Of a DNA stretch of 64,000 nt, positions 20,608-29,664 are shown one piece after another. The first letter of the stretch is position 1. The number at the start of each line of letters is the position of its first letter. The position numbers and the translations under genes were made by a program. A model generated the notes under the pieces. It had not been told where the DNA came from, searched no databases, and worked only from the letters and a program-made list of their open reading frames with translations. The stretch spans positions 13,080 to 77,079 of the forward strand of contig CAWAKK010000005.1 in the NCBI GenBank assembly GCA_963782605.1. Reading direction: 5' to 3'. The DNA comes from an uncultured Solirubrobacterales bacterium (lineage in GTDB: Bacteria; Actinomycetota; Thermoleophilia; Solirubrobacterales; 70-9).

Positions 20608-22836
20608 GTGTCTGACTTCTCGATCGGCCGCGCCGACGAGCGCATGCTGGGGGTCTTCGACTACCTCCTCGGCTTCGCCGAGCTCAGCCTGATCTTGGCG
20701 GCGCTCGGGTATGGCGCGGTTCGGATTCGCCGCCTGCTGCTGCCGGGATGGGGCGGGGCGCTGGGCCTGCTGGTCGATCTGGTCCTCGGCACTTCCGCCG
20801 CGGTGCTCATCTCCGAGCTGCTCGGCACCGTCGGGATCTTCGGCGAATGGGAGCTGATCGTGGCGGTGATCCTGTTTGCTGTCGGCGCGGCCGTCGTCTG
20901 CGATCGCGTCGGCGATGGACGCACGCCGGCGGCGGCGCCGGTGCCCCCGCAGCCGCCACACGACACCTTCCCGACGATCGTCGCAATGATCGGCGTCGCC
21001 GGCGTCGTCGCCGCGTGGATGGTCCCCACGCTGGGCACCCTCGCCGCGGGCATGGACCGGGCCGACTCCCTCTGGTACCACATGCCGCTCTCGGCGTCGT
21101 TCGTGCAGACGGGATCGCTCGGGGACATCTTCTACTTCGACCCGATTTTCTTCGCGTCGTTCTACCCGGCCAATTCGGAGGTCCTGCACGCGATCCCGAT
21201 GCTGGTCTGGGATCGCGACATCGTCTCGCCGCTGCTCAACATGGCGTTCCTCGGGATGGGACTCGTGGCCAGCTGGTGCATCGGCCGCCCCTATGGCGTC
21301 GGCCCCCAGGCGCTGATCGGAGGGTCGATTGCCCTAGGCGCCCAGATGCTGGTCGAGTTCCAGGCCGGAGAGGCCCTCAACGACATCGTCGGCGTCGTCT
21401 TCATCCTCGTCGCCGTGGCGCTGCTCGTGAACGGCTACGCCGCGCGGGCCCCGGGACAGAGCGACGGGCATTGGATCCCGGCAGGAGCATTGGCGATCGC
21501 GGGGCTCGCGACAGGGCTCGCGGCGGGGGTCAAGCTGTCGTTCCTGGCACCGGCCGCCGCGCTCACGATCGGCGTGATCGTGATCGCTCCGAAGGGGCGC
21601 CGCCTCTGGGCCGCAAGGGTCTGGAGCCTGCCCGCGATCGCCGCCGGCATCTACTGGTACGCGCGCAACGCGATCGCGACGGGGAACCCGATCCCCTTTG
21701 CGAGCTCGATCGGGCCGATCAACCTGCCGTCACCGGCGCGGGACTTCGAGCTGCGCCCGGGCCACGCCGTCGCCTATTACTGGAACGACATCGGCGTCTG
21801 GAGCGACTTCTTCGTCCCCGGGCTGATCGAGTCCTTCGGGATCCTCTGGCCGGTGACCCTGGTGGTCATGCTCGGGGGCGCGATGCTCGCGCTCGCGCGC
21901 CGCAACGATCCGATCCTGCGGCTGCTCGGCGTCGTCGTCCTCGTCACGACCGTCGCCTACCTGTTCACTCCGCTGACCGCGGCGGGCCAGGAAGGGAAGC
22001 CGATCGCCTTCGAGTGGAACCTGCGCTACCTCGCCGCCTCGGTGGCGGTGGGCATGGCGATGCTGCCGTGTCTGCCGATCGCGCGATCCACGGCACGACG
22101 ACGGCTGATCTCGCTGCTGGTGCTCTTCGCGATCCTGGCGGTGACGATCGGCTCACTGGTGCAGTGGAAACAGGGTCACGTGCGTGGGGCGGTGGCCGCG
22201 GCGATTCTGGTGATCGCAGGCACCGCGGCATTCAATTGGATGCGCTCCCGCGGCTACATCGGCCCTGCCGCTCGGCGGCGCTCGGTTCTGATCGCCGTGG
22301 CGAGCACCGTCTTTGTGGTCGCCGTGGCCGGTTGGTTCGAGCAGCGCCACTACTTAAAGCACCGCTTCGAGAACACGAGCCCCCGCCTGGGCCTGGCAGA
22401 TGCCCTGAGGTTCGGCCGCGACCTGCGCGACGGACGCGTGGCCGTTGCCGGGATCCGTGGCGTCTTCAACCAGTATCCGCTCTACGGGACCGATCTCTCC
22501 AACGACGTGCAATGGCTTGGCATCGAGGGGGAGCACAAGGCCTGGCTTCGGATCCCGACCTGCGAGCAATGGCGGGAGGCACTAAACGCCGGTGACTACA
22601 CGCACGTCTTCACGGCGTACGATCCCTATAACCCCGACCTCCTCAGCGACACGAAGGAGGCCCTTTGGACCCGCAAGGACCCGGCCTCCGAGACGTTGCT
22701 TCGGAAGGGGCCAGTGAGCGTGTTCGAGATCACTGGCGATCTCGACCCGGCGGGATGCGAGGGCCTGCCGTCGCTGAGCAAGGCCGAGCTGAACGGTCGT
22801 TCAGTGAACGCCGAACCGCTCGCCAACCAGCCCTGA
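20608..22836 (+). CDS. very large polytopic membrane protein, GT-C-fold glycosyltransferase-like, with C-terminal soluble domain
   Basis: 742 aa with at least 12 hydrophobic segments. The loop MDRADSLWYHMPLSASFVQTG resembles the acidic first-loop motif of the PMT/ArnT-type GT-C family. ~190-aa non-hydrophobic C-terminus. The fold call is inference. Confidence 0.6.
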   Translation: MSDFSIGRADERMLGVFDYLLGFAELSLILAALGYGAVRIRRLLLPGWGGALGLLVDLVLGTSAAVLISELLGTVGIFGEWELIVAVILFAVGAAVVCDRVGDGRTPAAAPVPPQPPHDTFPTIVAMIGVAGVVAAWMVPTLGTLAAGMDRADSLWYHMPLSASFVQTGSLGDIFYFDPIFFASFYPANSEVLHAIPMLVWDRDIVSPLLNMAFLGMGLVASWCIGRPYGVGPQALIGGSIALGAQMLVEFQAGEALNDIVGVVFILVAVALLVNGYAARAPGQSDGHWIPAGALAIAGLATGLAAGVKLSFLAPAAALTIGVIVIAPKGRRLWAARVWSLPAIAAGIYWYARNAIATGNPIPFASSIGPINLPSPARDFELRPGHAVAYYWNDIGVWSDFFVPGLIESFGILWPVTLVVMLGGAMLALARRNDPILRLLGVVVLVTTVAYLFTPLTAAGQEGKPIAFEWNLRYLAASVAVGMAMLPCLPIARSTARRRLISLLVLFAILAVTIGSLVQWKQGHVRGAVAAAILVIAGTAAFNWMRSRGYIGPAARRRSVLIAVASTVFVVAVAGWFEQRHYLKHRFENTSPRLGLADALRFGRDLRDGRVAVAGIRGVFNQYPLYGTDLSNDVQWLGIEGEHKAWLRIPTCEQWREALNAGDYTHVFTAYDPYNPDLLSDTKEALWTRKDPASETLLRKGPVSVFEITGDLDPAGCEGLPSLSKAELNGRSVNAEPLANQP

Positions 22837-22846
22837 GGGCAGCCGC

Positions 22847-25198
22847 GTGCTGATCTCGATCCTGCTTGCGCTTCTGGTCGTCTTGGCATCGCTCGGGGCG
22901 GGCGGGATCACGCTCGCGCTGTTGGGCGCCCGGCATCGAACCTGGCTCGCGGGCCCCGTGGGATTCGCGGCGCTCACGGTCATCGCGGGCCTCTGCATCC
23001 GGCTGCCTGGCCGGGCGGCGAGCGCGGCCGTCGTGATCGTCCTCGCGTTCGTTGCCGGTCTGCTCGTGGTGCGCATCGCAGCACGACGCCCGGTGGCTTC
23101 CACGGACGAGCCCGCCGGCACCCTGGGCGCCGGCGTCGCTGTGATCGCCATCGCGCTCGTGGCGGCGGCGATCCCGTTCGTGCTGGAGGGGCGAGCCGGC
23201 GTCCTTGGAGAGGGCATCTACACCAACGACCACGCCGCCCAGCTCTACTGGACCGACTGGCTCAAGGAGGGCTTCGGGCCCGAGCCGAGCGCGGTCGCCT
23301 GGGGATATCCGGTCGGCCCCCAGTCACTGGTTGCGGTGATCGCAGCGGGCACGGGCGCCTCGCTCATCGACGCGTTCAACGGGTTGCTGATGGCGATCCC
23401 CGCGCTCACCGGGCTTGCGGCTCTCGCGGTCCTCGGAGCCCTTCGGACTGTGCCCCGGATCGCCGTCGCGGTGCTCGCCGGGCTGCCCTTCCTCGGGGCC
23501 TCATTCCTGGCCCAGAGCGCGTTTAAGGAAACGACGATGGCCCTGCTGGTGATCGCCTTCGCCGCCACCTTGGCGCTGGCCAGCGAGCACGAGGTCGTGG
23601 GCGCGCCACGGCTCGGGCGAACCGCCGCCGCCGGGGCGGGGGTGCTTCTTGCCCTGGCGGCGCTTTTTGCCTACAGCGTCCCCGGCTTGGTCTGGTTCGC
23701 GCTCACGCTCTTGGGTTGGCTGGCCCTGCTCGCAGCGGTTGGCGAGCGCAGAGTCGACTGGGTAGCCGTCCGGGCGACGATCCGGCGCCGGCGGGTGCTG
23801 CTGGCGCTTGTGCTCTTGGCCGTGATCGGCGTCGCCGCCCTCACTGTCGGGCGTATCAGCGACTTCGCCGACCGTATCGGCCAGGTGCAGGCCTCGGCGG
23901 GGAGGCTCTCGTCGCCCGTGTGGCCGGGCGAGGCGCTCGGGATCTGGCCCGAGGGAGACTTCCGCGTGGTTCGCGGCGAGGTCAGCGGCTCCTTGGTCGC
24001 AACGGCGATCGGCGTACTCGTCGCGCTCGCCGGTGCCGCGGTCATGTGGCGCCGACGCGCCTATGCGCTGCTCGCTGCGCTGGGAGCAGCCGCCGTCATC
24101 TACATCGGCGCCCGCCTCTTCGCGAGCATCTACGTGGAGGCGAAGGCCCTGGCGATCATGGCGCCGCTGGTGATCGTGGTCGGAATCGGAGGGCTCATCG
24201 CGGCCCGTAGCGGCAAATGGGCGCGAGCGCTCCGCGGCCTCGGCATCGCCGCGCTGGTGGCCGGGGCGGCCTCCACGTTCCTGGCCTTGCGCGAGGCGCC
24301 CGTGGGCTTCTCGGACCGGGGCTCGGAGCTCGAGACGCTCGCCGAGCAGATCGAGGGCGAGCGAGTCGCATTCTTGGGCGTCGACCGCTTCGCCGCCTAC
24401 TGGCTGCGTGGCACGTTGATCGAGAGTCCCGGGGGCTACGTCCCGCCCGAGGTCCGCGCCCGCCCGCGGAAGGCTTGGCAACAGGGCCTCGCGATGGACT
24501 TCGACACGCTGGCGTCCGGGCGCCTTGATCGCTTCGATTACGCGATCACGACGACGGCGCCGTTTCAAAGCACGCCGCCGGCCAACTGGTCCGAGGTCGA
24601 TCGCACAGACTCATACGTGCTCTGGAAGCGGGAGGGGAAGACGCCAAAGACCGAGGTCTTCGAGCGGTCCGGGAGGCCTGGCGCACGGCTCGGATCGAGC
24701 GGGGCGTGCCGCCGCGCCGGCGAGGCCGTCGTGCTGCCCCGGCCGGTCGTCGGAAAGCGGAGTGGGTGGAGCCTGCCGAATCCATTCGCGCCACCAGCCA
24801 CAAGCACCCAGACGCTCGAGCTTGAGCCCGGGAGCTGGCTGCTCTCCCTCCAGTACCACAGCCAGGTCGACCTGACCGTGCGGGCGGGGGACCTCGAGGC
24901 GGAGCTGCCCGCGTCGTTGGTGGGCATGTACCTGACCCATCAAGGCCAGAGCGCGTTCTGGCAGGTCGGCGAGGTCGATGTCGAGCGAGGTGGCGCACTC
25001 GACGTATCGGTGGGTGCCGAGGAGCCCGGCGGGCTCGAACGGGCCATCGGGGCCGAGCGGCGCGTGTGGCTCGGCGAAGTCGCAGCCATGCGCGTCGATC
25101 CGCTCGCCGGGGACCCCGATGAGGTGCCGCTCGGCGATGCGTGCGGCGCCTACGTCGACCATGCCCAGCCGGGCGGAGGCAGCACAAACGTTGGCTAA
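22847..25198 (+). CDS. very large polytopic membrane protein (second GT-C-like/polymerase-like) with C-terminal soluble domain
   Basis: 783 aa, starting 10 nt after the previous stop. Many TM segments. Loop GIYTNDHAAQLYWTDWL. ~270-aa soluble C-terminus. No family assigned by eye. Confidence 0.55.
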   Translation: MLISILLALLVVLASLGAGGITLALLGARHRTWLAGPVGFAALTVIAGLCIRLPGRAASAAVVIVLAFVAGLLVVRIAARRPVASTDEPAGTLGAGVAVIAIALVAAAIPFVLEGRAGVLGEGIYTNDHAAQLYWTDWLKEGFGPEPSAVAWGYPVGPQSLVAVIAAGTGASLIDAFNGLLMAIPALTGLAALAVLGALRTVPRIAVAVLAGLPFLGASFLAQSAFKETTMALLVIAFAATLALASEHEVVGAPRLGRTAAAGAGVLLALAALFAYSVPGLVWFALTLLGWLALLAAVGERRVDWVAVRATIRRRRVLLALVLLAVIGVAALTVGRISDFADRIGQVQASAGRLSSPVWPGEALGIWPEGDFRVVRGEVSGSLVATAIGVLVALAGAAVMWRRRAYALLAALGAAAVIYIGARLFASIYVEAKALAIMAPLVIVVGIGGLIAARSGKWARALRGLGIAALVAGAASTFLALREAPVGFSDRGSELETLAEQIEGERVAFLGVDRFAAYWLRGTLIESPGGYVPPEVRARPRKAWQQGLAMDFDTLASGRLDRFDYAITTTAPFQSTPPANWSEVDRTDSYVLWKREGKTPKTEVFERSGRPGARLGSSGACRRAGEAVVLPRPVVGKRSGWSLPNPFAPPATSTQTLELEPGSWLLSLQYHSQVDLTVRAGDLEAELPASLVGMYLTHQGQSAFWQVGEVDVERGGALDVSVGAEEPGGLERAIGAERRVWLGEVAAMRVDPLAGDPDEVPLGDACGAYVDHAQPGGGSTNVG

Positions 25199-25210
25199 CC
25201 TCCCGCGCCG

Positions 25211-26194
25211 ATGAGGCGCCTAAACCCACCCCGCAGGGCGCGTCAGCGCAGGCCTGGGAAGAAGACCCCGGGAGGAGCCCCGCTTCGCGGCATGCGGCGG
25301 GTGCCGCCGGTGACCTTCGTCGGCGGGACCGGTCGCAGCGGCACCCACATCATCGCCAAGCTCCTTGGTCGTCACGGAAAGCTCTATCTGATTCCGGTCG
25401 AGTGCCGGTTTCACGTGGAGGAACGCGGCTTTCCGGGCCTGCTGGCGGGGACGACGACGAAGCAGGCCTTCCTGCGTCGCCTGCGCGGCTTTTGGTGGAA
25501 GGGGTTTCAGACGTCGCGTTTTCGGGGCCTTTATCGCTTCGTTCCCCGCGAGCGGTTCGACGACGCCGTGATGGCGTTCGATCAACGCTTCGACGACGAT
25601 GCGGAAGGTGCCTGCCGGGATCTGTTCTGGTCGCTGCTATGGCCGTACGAGGCCGAGGGGGAGGTGAGCGGGATCGTTGAGCAGAGCTGCGATTCGATCG
25701 CTCAGGCCGAGACGCTGCAGCGACTCTTTCCGGAAGCCGGCTTCGTTCATGTGGTCCGTGACGGGCGCGACGCCTCGGCCTCTCGGGTCGCACAGACCCG
25801 CGGCATCATCTACCCCCGCACCCGCGCCCAGGGGCTCGAGTGGTGGGAGGCGCGGATCCGCTCGATGGATGCCGGCGCGCGCACCGTCCCTCCGGAGCGC
25901 CTGCGCGAGATCAGCCTCGATGAGCTCCTCGAGGACGAGGACAACGAGATCCTCGCGGAGATCATGGGCGTCGTGCGCCTTCAGCCCGCCCGCATGGTGC
26001 GCAAGTTCCTGCGCAACCAGATGAGCACGCGTGGCGCCAACGCCGAACGATGGCGGCGGGGCGTCTCGGCCGGAAAGCGTGAACGGCTGGATCGCCTTTA
26101 CCTCGAGGCGCTTGACCGCCTCGAGGCCGACGGTGTGCGCACGGTGCCGCTCTTGCGGCAGACGTACGAGCGGCGCGCAAGGGTCGTCGCGTGA
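25211..26194 (+). CDS. sulfotransferase family protein (PAPS-dependent, Sulfotransfer_3-like)
   Basis: 5'-PSB-like loop FVGGTGRSGTH and 3'-PB-like HVVRDGRDASASRV. Paralogue of the next gene. An alternative start at ATG 25292 would give an N-terminus of the same length as the paralogue. Confidence 0.75.
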   Translation: MRRLNPPRRARQRRPGKKTPGGAPLRGMRRVPPVTFVGGTGRSGTHIIAKLLGRHGKLYLIPVECRFHVEERGFPGLLAGTTTKQAFLRRLRGFWWKGFQTSRFRGLYRFVPRERFDDAVMAFDQRFDDDAEGACRDLFWSLLWPYEAEGEVSGIVEQSCDSIAQAETLQRLFPEAGFVHVVRDGRDASASRVAQTRGIIYPRTRAQGLEWWEARIRSMDAGARTVPPERLREISLDELLEDEDNEILAEIMGVVRLQPARMVRKFLRNQMSTRGANAERWRRGVSAGKRERLDRLYLEALDRLEADGVRTVPLLRQTYERRARVVA

Positions 26195-27168
26195 GCGATC
26201 GCGAGCCGGCCCAGCTCGTATTCGTCGGCGGTACGGGCCGCAGCGGGACCCACATCACCGCCCGTCTGCTGGGCGAGCATTCGCGTTTCGCCGCCGTCCC
26301 GATCGAATGCCGCTTCCACTGCAATCCACGCGGCCTGGCCGAGGTGGTGACGGGCGAGACCACGCCCCAGGAGTTCGTGTGGAAGCTGCGCCGGTTCTGG
26401 TGGCACCGGGTCCGCCGGGGTGGCAGGGCGACCGTCCGCCTGCGCAGGTTCGTGAGTCGCGAGACCGGAGATTTCGGCGAGACGAAGGTGCGCGGACTGC
26501 ACCAGATCATGCCGCGGGAGCGCCTCGAGGAGGGCATCGCCGCCTTCGAGGCCGAGGCCCATGACGACGTCGCCGCCGCCTCGCGGGAGCTCTTCTTCCA
26601 CCTGCTCGGTCCCCTCGCTGCCGAGGAGGGCAAGCCCGCCCTGGTCGAGATGAGCTGTTTTACGATCGCCTCAGCACCCGGCCTGGAGCGGATCTTCCCC
26701 GATGCTCGCTTCGTTCACTCGGTGCGCGACGGTCGCGACTCCGGCTCATCGAAGGTCTCGAAGCGCCAGAAGGACCATCATCCCACCGACGCGACCTCTG
26801 GGATCGAGTGGTGGGAGGACCGGTTGACCCGCGCCGAAGAGGGTGTACGCGGACTTTCGGATCCTGTCGGGCGTCTGCATGCGGTCTCGCTCGACGACCT
26901 GGTCTGGGGGGATCGCGAGGCGAGCTACGCCGGCCTGCTCGAGTTCCTTGGGATCGAGGACGAGGCAGCCATGCGCCGTGTCTTCGATGAGGAGATGAAC
27001 GCCGGCGCGGCCCACCGTGAGCGTTGGCGGGAGGGTCATACGAGGGCCGAGCAGGACGCCATCGTTGCTGCCTACGAACAAGCGCTAGAGCGCATCGAGG
27101 CCGACGGCTTTCACTGTGCCGGGCTCCTGCGGCGCTCGTTCGAGCGAACCGCTCCGGCGCTCGGATGA
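26191..27168 (+). CDS. sulfotransferase family protein (paralogue of 25211..26194)
   Basis: GTGA overlap with the upstream gene. FVGGTGRSGTH and HSVRDGRDSGSSKV. Collinear similarity to the upstream ORF (ECRFH, WWE.R, ERWR). Confidence 0.75.
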   Translation: MSDREPAQLVFVGGTGRSGTHITARLLGEHSRFAAVPIECRFHCNPRGLAEVVTGETTPQEFVWKLRRFWWHRVRRGGRATVRLRRFVSRETGDFGETKVRGLHQIMPRERLEEGIAAFEAEAHDDVAAASRELFFHLLGPLAAEEGKPALVEMSCFTIASAPGLERIFPDARFVHSVRDGRDSGSSKVSKRQKDHHPTDATSGIEWWEDRLTRAEEGVRGLSDPVGRLHAVSLDDLVWGDREASYAGLLEFLGIEDEAAMRRVFDEEMNAGAAHRERWREGHTRAEQDAIVAAYEQALERIEADGFHCAGLLRRSFERTAPALG

Positions 27169-28694
27169 GCCGCGTCCTCTTCCTCTCCTCCAACGGCACG
27201 GGGTTGGGTCACCTGACGCGGTCGATGGCGATCGCACGCCGCCTCGATGGGCTCGATCCGTTCTTTCTCACCCTCTCGGGGGCGGCGCCGGTGGTCCGGG
27301 ACCAAGGCTTTCCCGTCGAGTACGTCGCTTCCTACTCCACGCCGGGGGCGGGAAGCAACTGGCGATGGTCGCGCCGGCTGCGCGGGAGGCTGCGTGCAGT
27401 TCTCGCCGAGTTGGCACCGGAGCTGGTCGTCTTCGACGGCGCCCACCCATACCAGGGACTCGTCGACGCGCTGCCGGCAGCCCGGGGTGCCACCCGCGTG
27501 TGGTGCCGGCGGGCGATGTGGAAGCCGGGCTCAAACCCCGGTGCCCTCGGTCGCGAGCGATCCTTCGACCACGTCCTCGAGCCGGGAGAGTTCGCCGCGA
27601 GCCAGGATCGAGGGCCAACCGTCGGGCGGCGGCCCCACGCGCACGTCGTGGACCCGATCGTGTTCTGCGCTGACGAGGACCTCTTGCCTCGCGCGGAGGC
27701 AGCTCGGGAGCTCGGCCTCGACCCGACCGCGACCTGTGTCTTGATCAACCTTGGCCAGGGCGAGGAGGTCCGGGGGCTGGCTGAGCGGTGCGTCGCGCAC
27801 CTCGCGGGGAGGAAAGGGGTCCAGGTGGCCGTGCTCTCCTCGGCGATTGCAGCGGGATTGGAGCCGCCGGATGGCGTCGTCCATCTGCGGGCGACGTACC
27901 CGATCTCCCGTTACTACCGGGCGATCGACGCCGCCGTCGCGGCCTCCGGCTACAACGCGTACCACGAGCTGATTCGCTGCGGCGTGCCGGCGCTCTATGC
28001 GCCGATGCGCAGGGAGACCGACAACCAGAGCGCGCGGGCTCGGTTCGCACAGGAGGCAGGGGTCGGCCTCTCGCTCGAGGGCGCTACGGCGGAAGCACGG
28101 CTCGACCAGCTGCTCGATCCGGTGGCCCTGGATCGCATGCGCGCCAAGCTGGTGGAGCTGCGTCCGGGCAACGGTGCCGACGATGCGGCCCGCTGGCTTT
28201 CTGACCTCGTCGCCTCCGGGAAGCCCAAGCCGCGGGCGAGGACAGGTGGCTGGCGCGCGCAGGTCCGAGATCTCATTTCGACCGCACAGAGCGACCCGGG
28301 CTCGCTGGCGCGCATGCCGCGCGAGCTCGCGGCGATCGCGCAGCAAACGATCGAGCGACCAGCGGCGAGAACGGTCGTCCTGGCGGTGGACGTCCCGGCT
28401 GGCGGCATCGAAGCGATCGTGGGCGACGCGCTCGCGCGGACGAGCGACCCCCCTGAGCGGGTGCTCGTGGCCACGGACTCACTTGAACTCGCGACACTGC
28501 GCGAGGCGGGCGTCGGGTTCGAGCACGTTCCCGCACGCGACGAGCCACAGGCACGGCTCGCCGCGGGCTCATATGAGGACTTCGTGGCGGCGCGCCTACG
28601 CCTGATCCTGGCCGAGCGCAGGCGTCCGCAGCGTTTCATCGCGATGGGCGAGACCGCTGAGGCGGTGGCTGCCTCCGGTACCCTGAGCGGCTGA
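27165..28694 (+). CDS. GT-B glycosyltransferase (MurG/GT28-like) with extra C-terminal region
   Basis: ATGA overlap. N-terminus FLSSNGTGLGHLTRSMAIARRL. GYNAYHELIRCGVPALYAPMRRETDNQSARA resembles the GT28 C-terminal donor-binding region. ~150 further residues are unassigned. Confidence 0.65.
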   Translation: MSRVLFLSSNGTGLGHLTRSMAIARRLDGLDPFFLTLSGAAPVVRDQGFPVEYVASYSTPGAGSNWRWSRRLRGRLRAVLAELAPELVVFDGAHPYQGLVDALPAARGATRVWCRRAMWKPGSNPGALGRERSFDHVLEPGEFAASQDRGPTVGRRPHAHVVDPIVFCADEDLLPRAEAARELGLDPTATCVLINLGQGEEVRGLAERCVAHLAGRKGVQVAVLSSAIAAGLEPPDGVVHLRATYPISRYYRAIDAAVAASGYNAYHELIRCGVPALYAPMRRETDNQSARARFAQEAGVGLSLEGATAEARLDQLLDPVALDRMRAKLVELRPGNGADDAARWLSDLVASGKPKPRARTGGWRAQVRDLISTAQSDPGSLARMPRELAAIAQQTIERPAARTVVLAVDVPAGGIEAIVGDALARTSDPPERVLVATDSLELATLREAGVGFEHVPARDEPQARLAAGSYEDFVAARLRLILAERRRPQRFIAMGETAEAVAASGTLSG

Positions 28695-28740
28695 GCAGGC
28701 AGTCAAGCGGCGTCGCAGCGCCACTGCTCGCATCACCCCC

Positions 28741-29664
28741 ATGGAGGCCTCAACCCGCACCATCGAGTCCAGCGGGCGGACCGTCCCAGAGAGCGCGGAC
28801 GCCGACGCCACCAGCGCGATCGCGCGGGGCGCGTTGCCGAACCTCGTCGTCGTCGGTGCCCAGAAGTGCGGGACCAGCGGGCTTCACTATCACCTCGGGC
28901 TGCACCCCGAGATCATGATGTCGAAGCCCAAGGAGCTCAACTTCTTCATCTCCGAGCGCGCATGGCCGCGCGGCGTCGAGTGGTATCGCGGCCATTTCGA
29001 CCCACGCGCCCGGGTTCGGGGCGAGTCGTCGCCGAACTACACGGCGTTTCCCCATCACCTCGGCGTTCCCGAGCGCATGCACTCCGTGATCCCGGATGCG
29101 CGTCTCATCTACGTCGTCCGAGACCCGCTGCTTCGGATGGCATCCCACTGGGTCCACAACTACGCGAAAAGGCGAGAGAAAGGCGATCTCGCGAAAACGC
29201 TGGCTCACCCGAACACCTCCTACGTCGTGCGCAGCCAGTACTTCATGCAGCTCCAGCAGTTCCTGAAGTACTACGACAGGGAGCAGGTTCTGGTGCTCCA
29301 GCAGAGCGAGTTCCGCAAAGACCGTCTGCAGGCCCTTCGGCAGGTGTTCGAGTTCGTGGGAGTCGATGCCGACTTCACCCACCCGAGCTTCGAGCGCGAG
29401 CGCCACGCCACGGCTCGCAAGACGCGAGCGACACGCCTCGCTGCCTGGCTCGAGAGCATGAGCAAGGGACGCGGCGGGCGCGTGCTTCCGCCGAAGGTGT
29501 GGTTCGCCCTCGACGAATACCTTCCGCTTCGCAAGTCCATCGAGCGGCCGGACGTCCGTGGCGCCCTGTCCGACGAGACGCTGCGCGTGCTTCGGGAGGA
29601 CGCGGAGCGCTTTCGCGACCTGGTCGGGCGGGACTTCCCGAGCTGGTCGATCTGGGACGTATGA
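28741..29664 (+). CDS. sulfotransferase (Sulfotransfer_1-like, heparan-sulfate-sulfotransferase-type motifs)
   Basis: 5'-PSB VVVGAQKCGTSGLHYHL and 3'-PB YVVRDPLLRMASHW. Confidence 0.8.
   Translation: MEASTRTIESSGRTVPESADADATSAIARGALPNLVVVGAQKCGTSGLHYHLGLHPEIMMSKPKELNFFISERAWPRGVEWYRGHFDPRARVRGESSPNYTAFPHHLGVPERMHSVIPDARLIYVVRDPLLRMASHWVHNYAKRREKGDLAKTLAHPNTSYVVRSQYFMQLQQFLKYYDREQVLVLQQSEFRKDRLQALRQVFEFVGVDADFTHPSFERERHATARKTRATRLAAWLESMSKGRGGRVLPPKVWFALDEYLPLRKSIERPDVRGALSDETLRVLREDAERFRDLVGRDFPSWSIWDV

Noticed and set aside
28866-29660. N-terminal 265 codons of track ORF 28866..31742 (also 27024..27164 for the GT ORF)
   Set aside because: These stretches lie in another frame of the preceding sulfotransferase gene and are Arg/Pro-rich. 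The ATGA-coupled internal starts (29661, 27165) give sensible N-termini.
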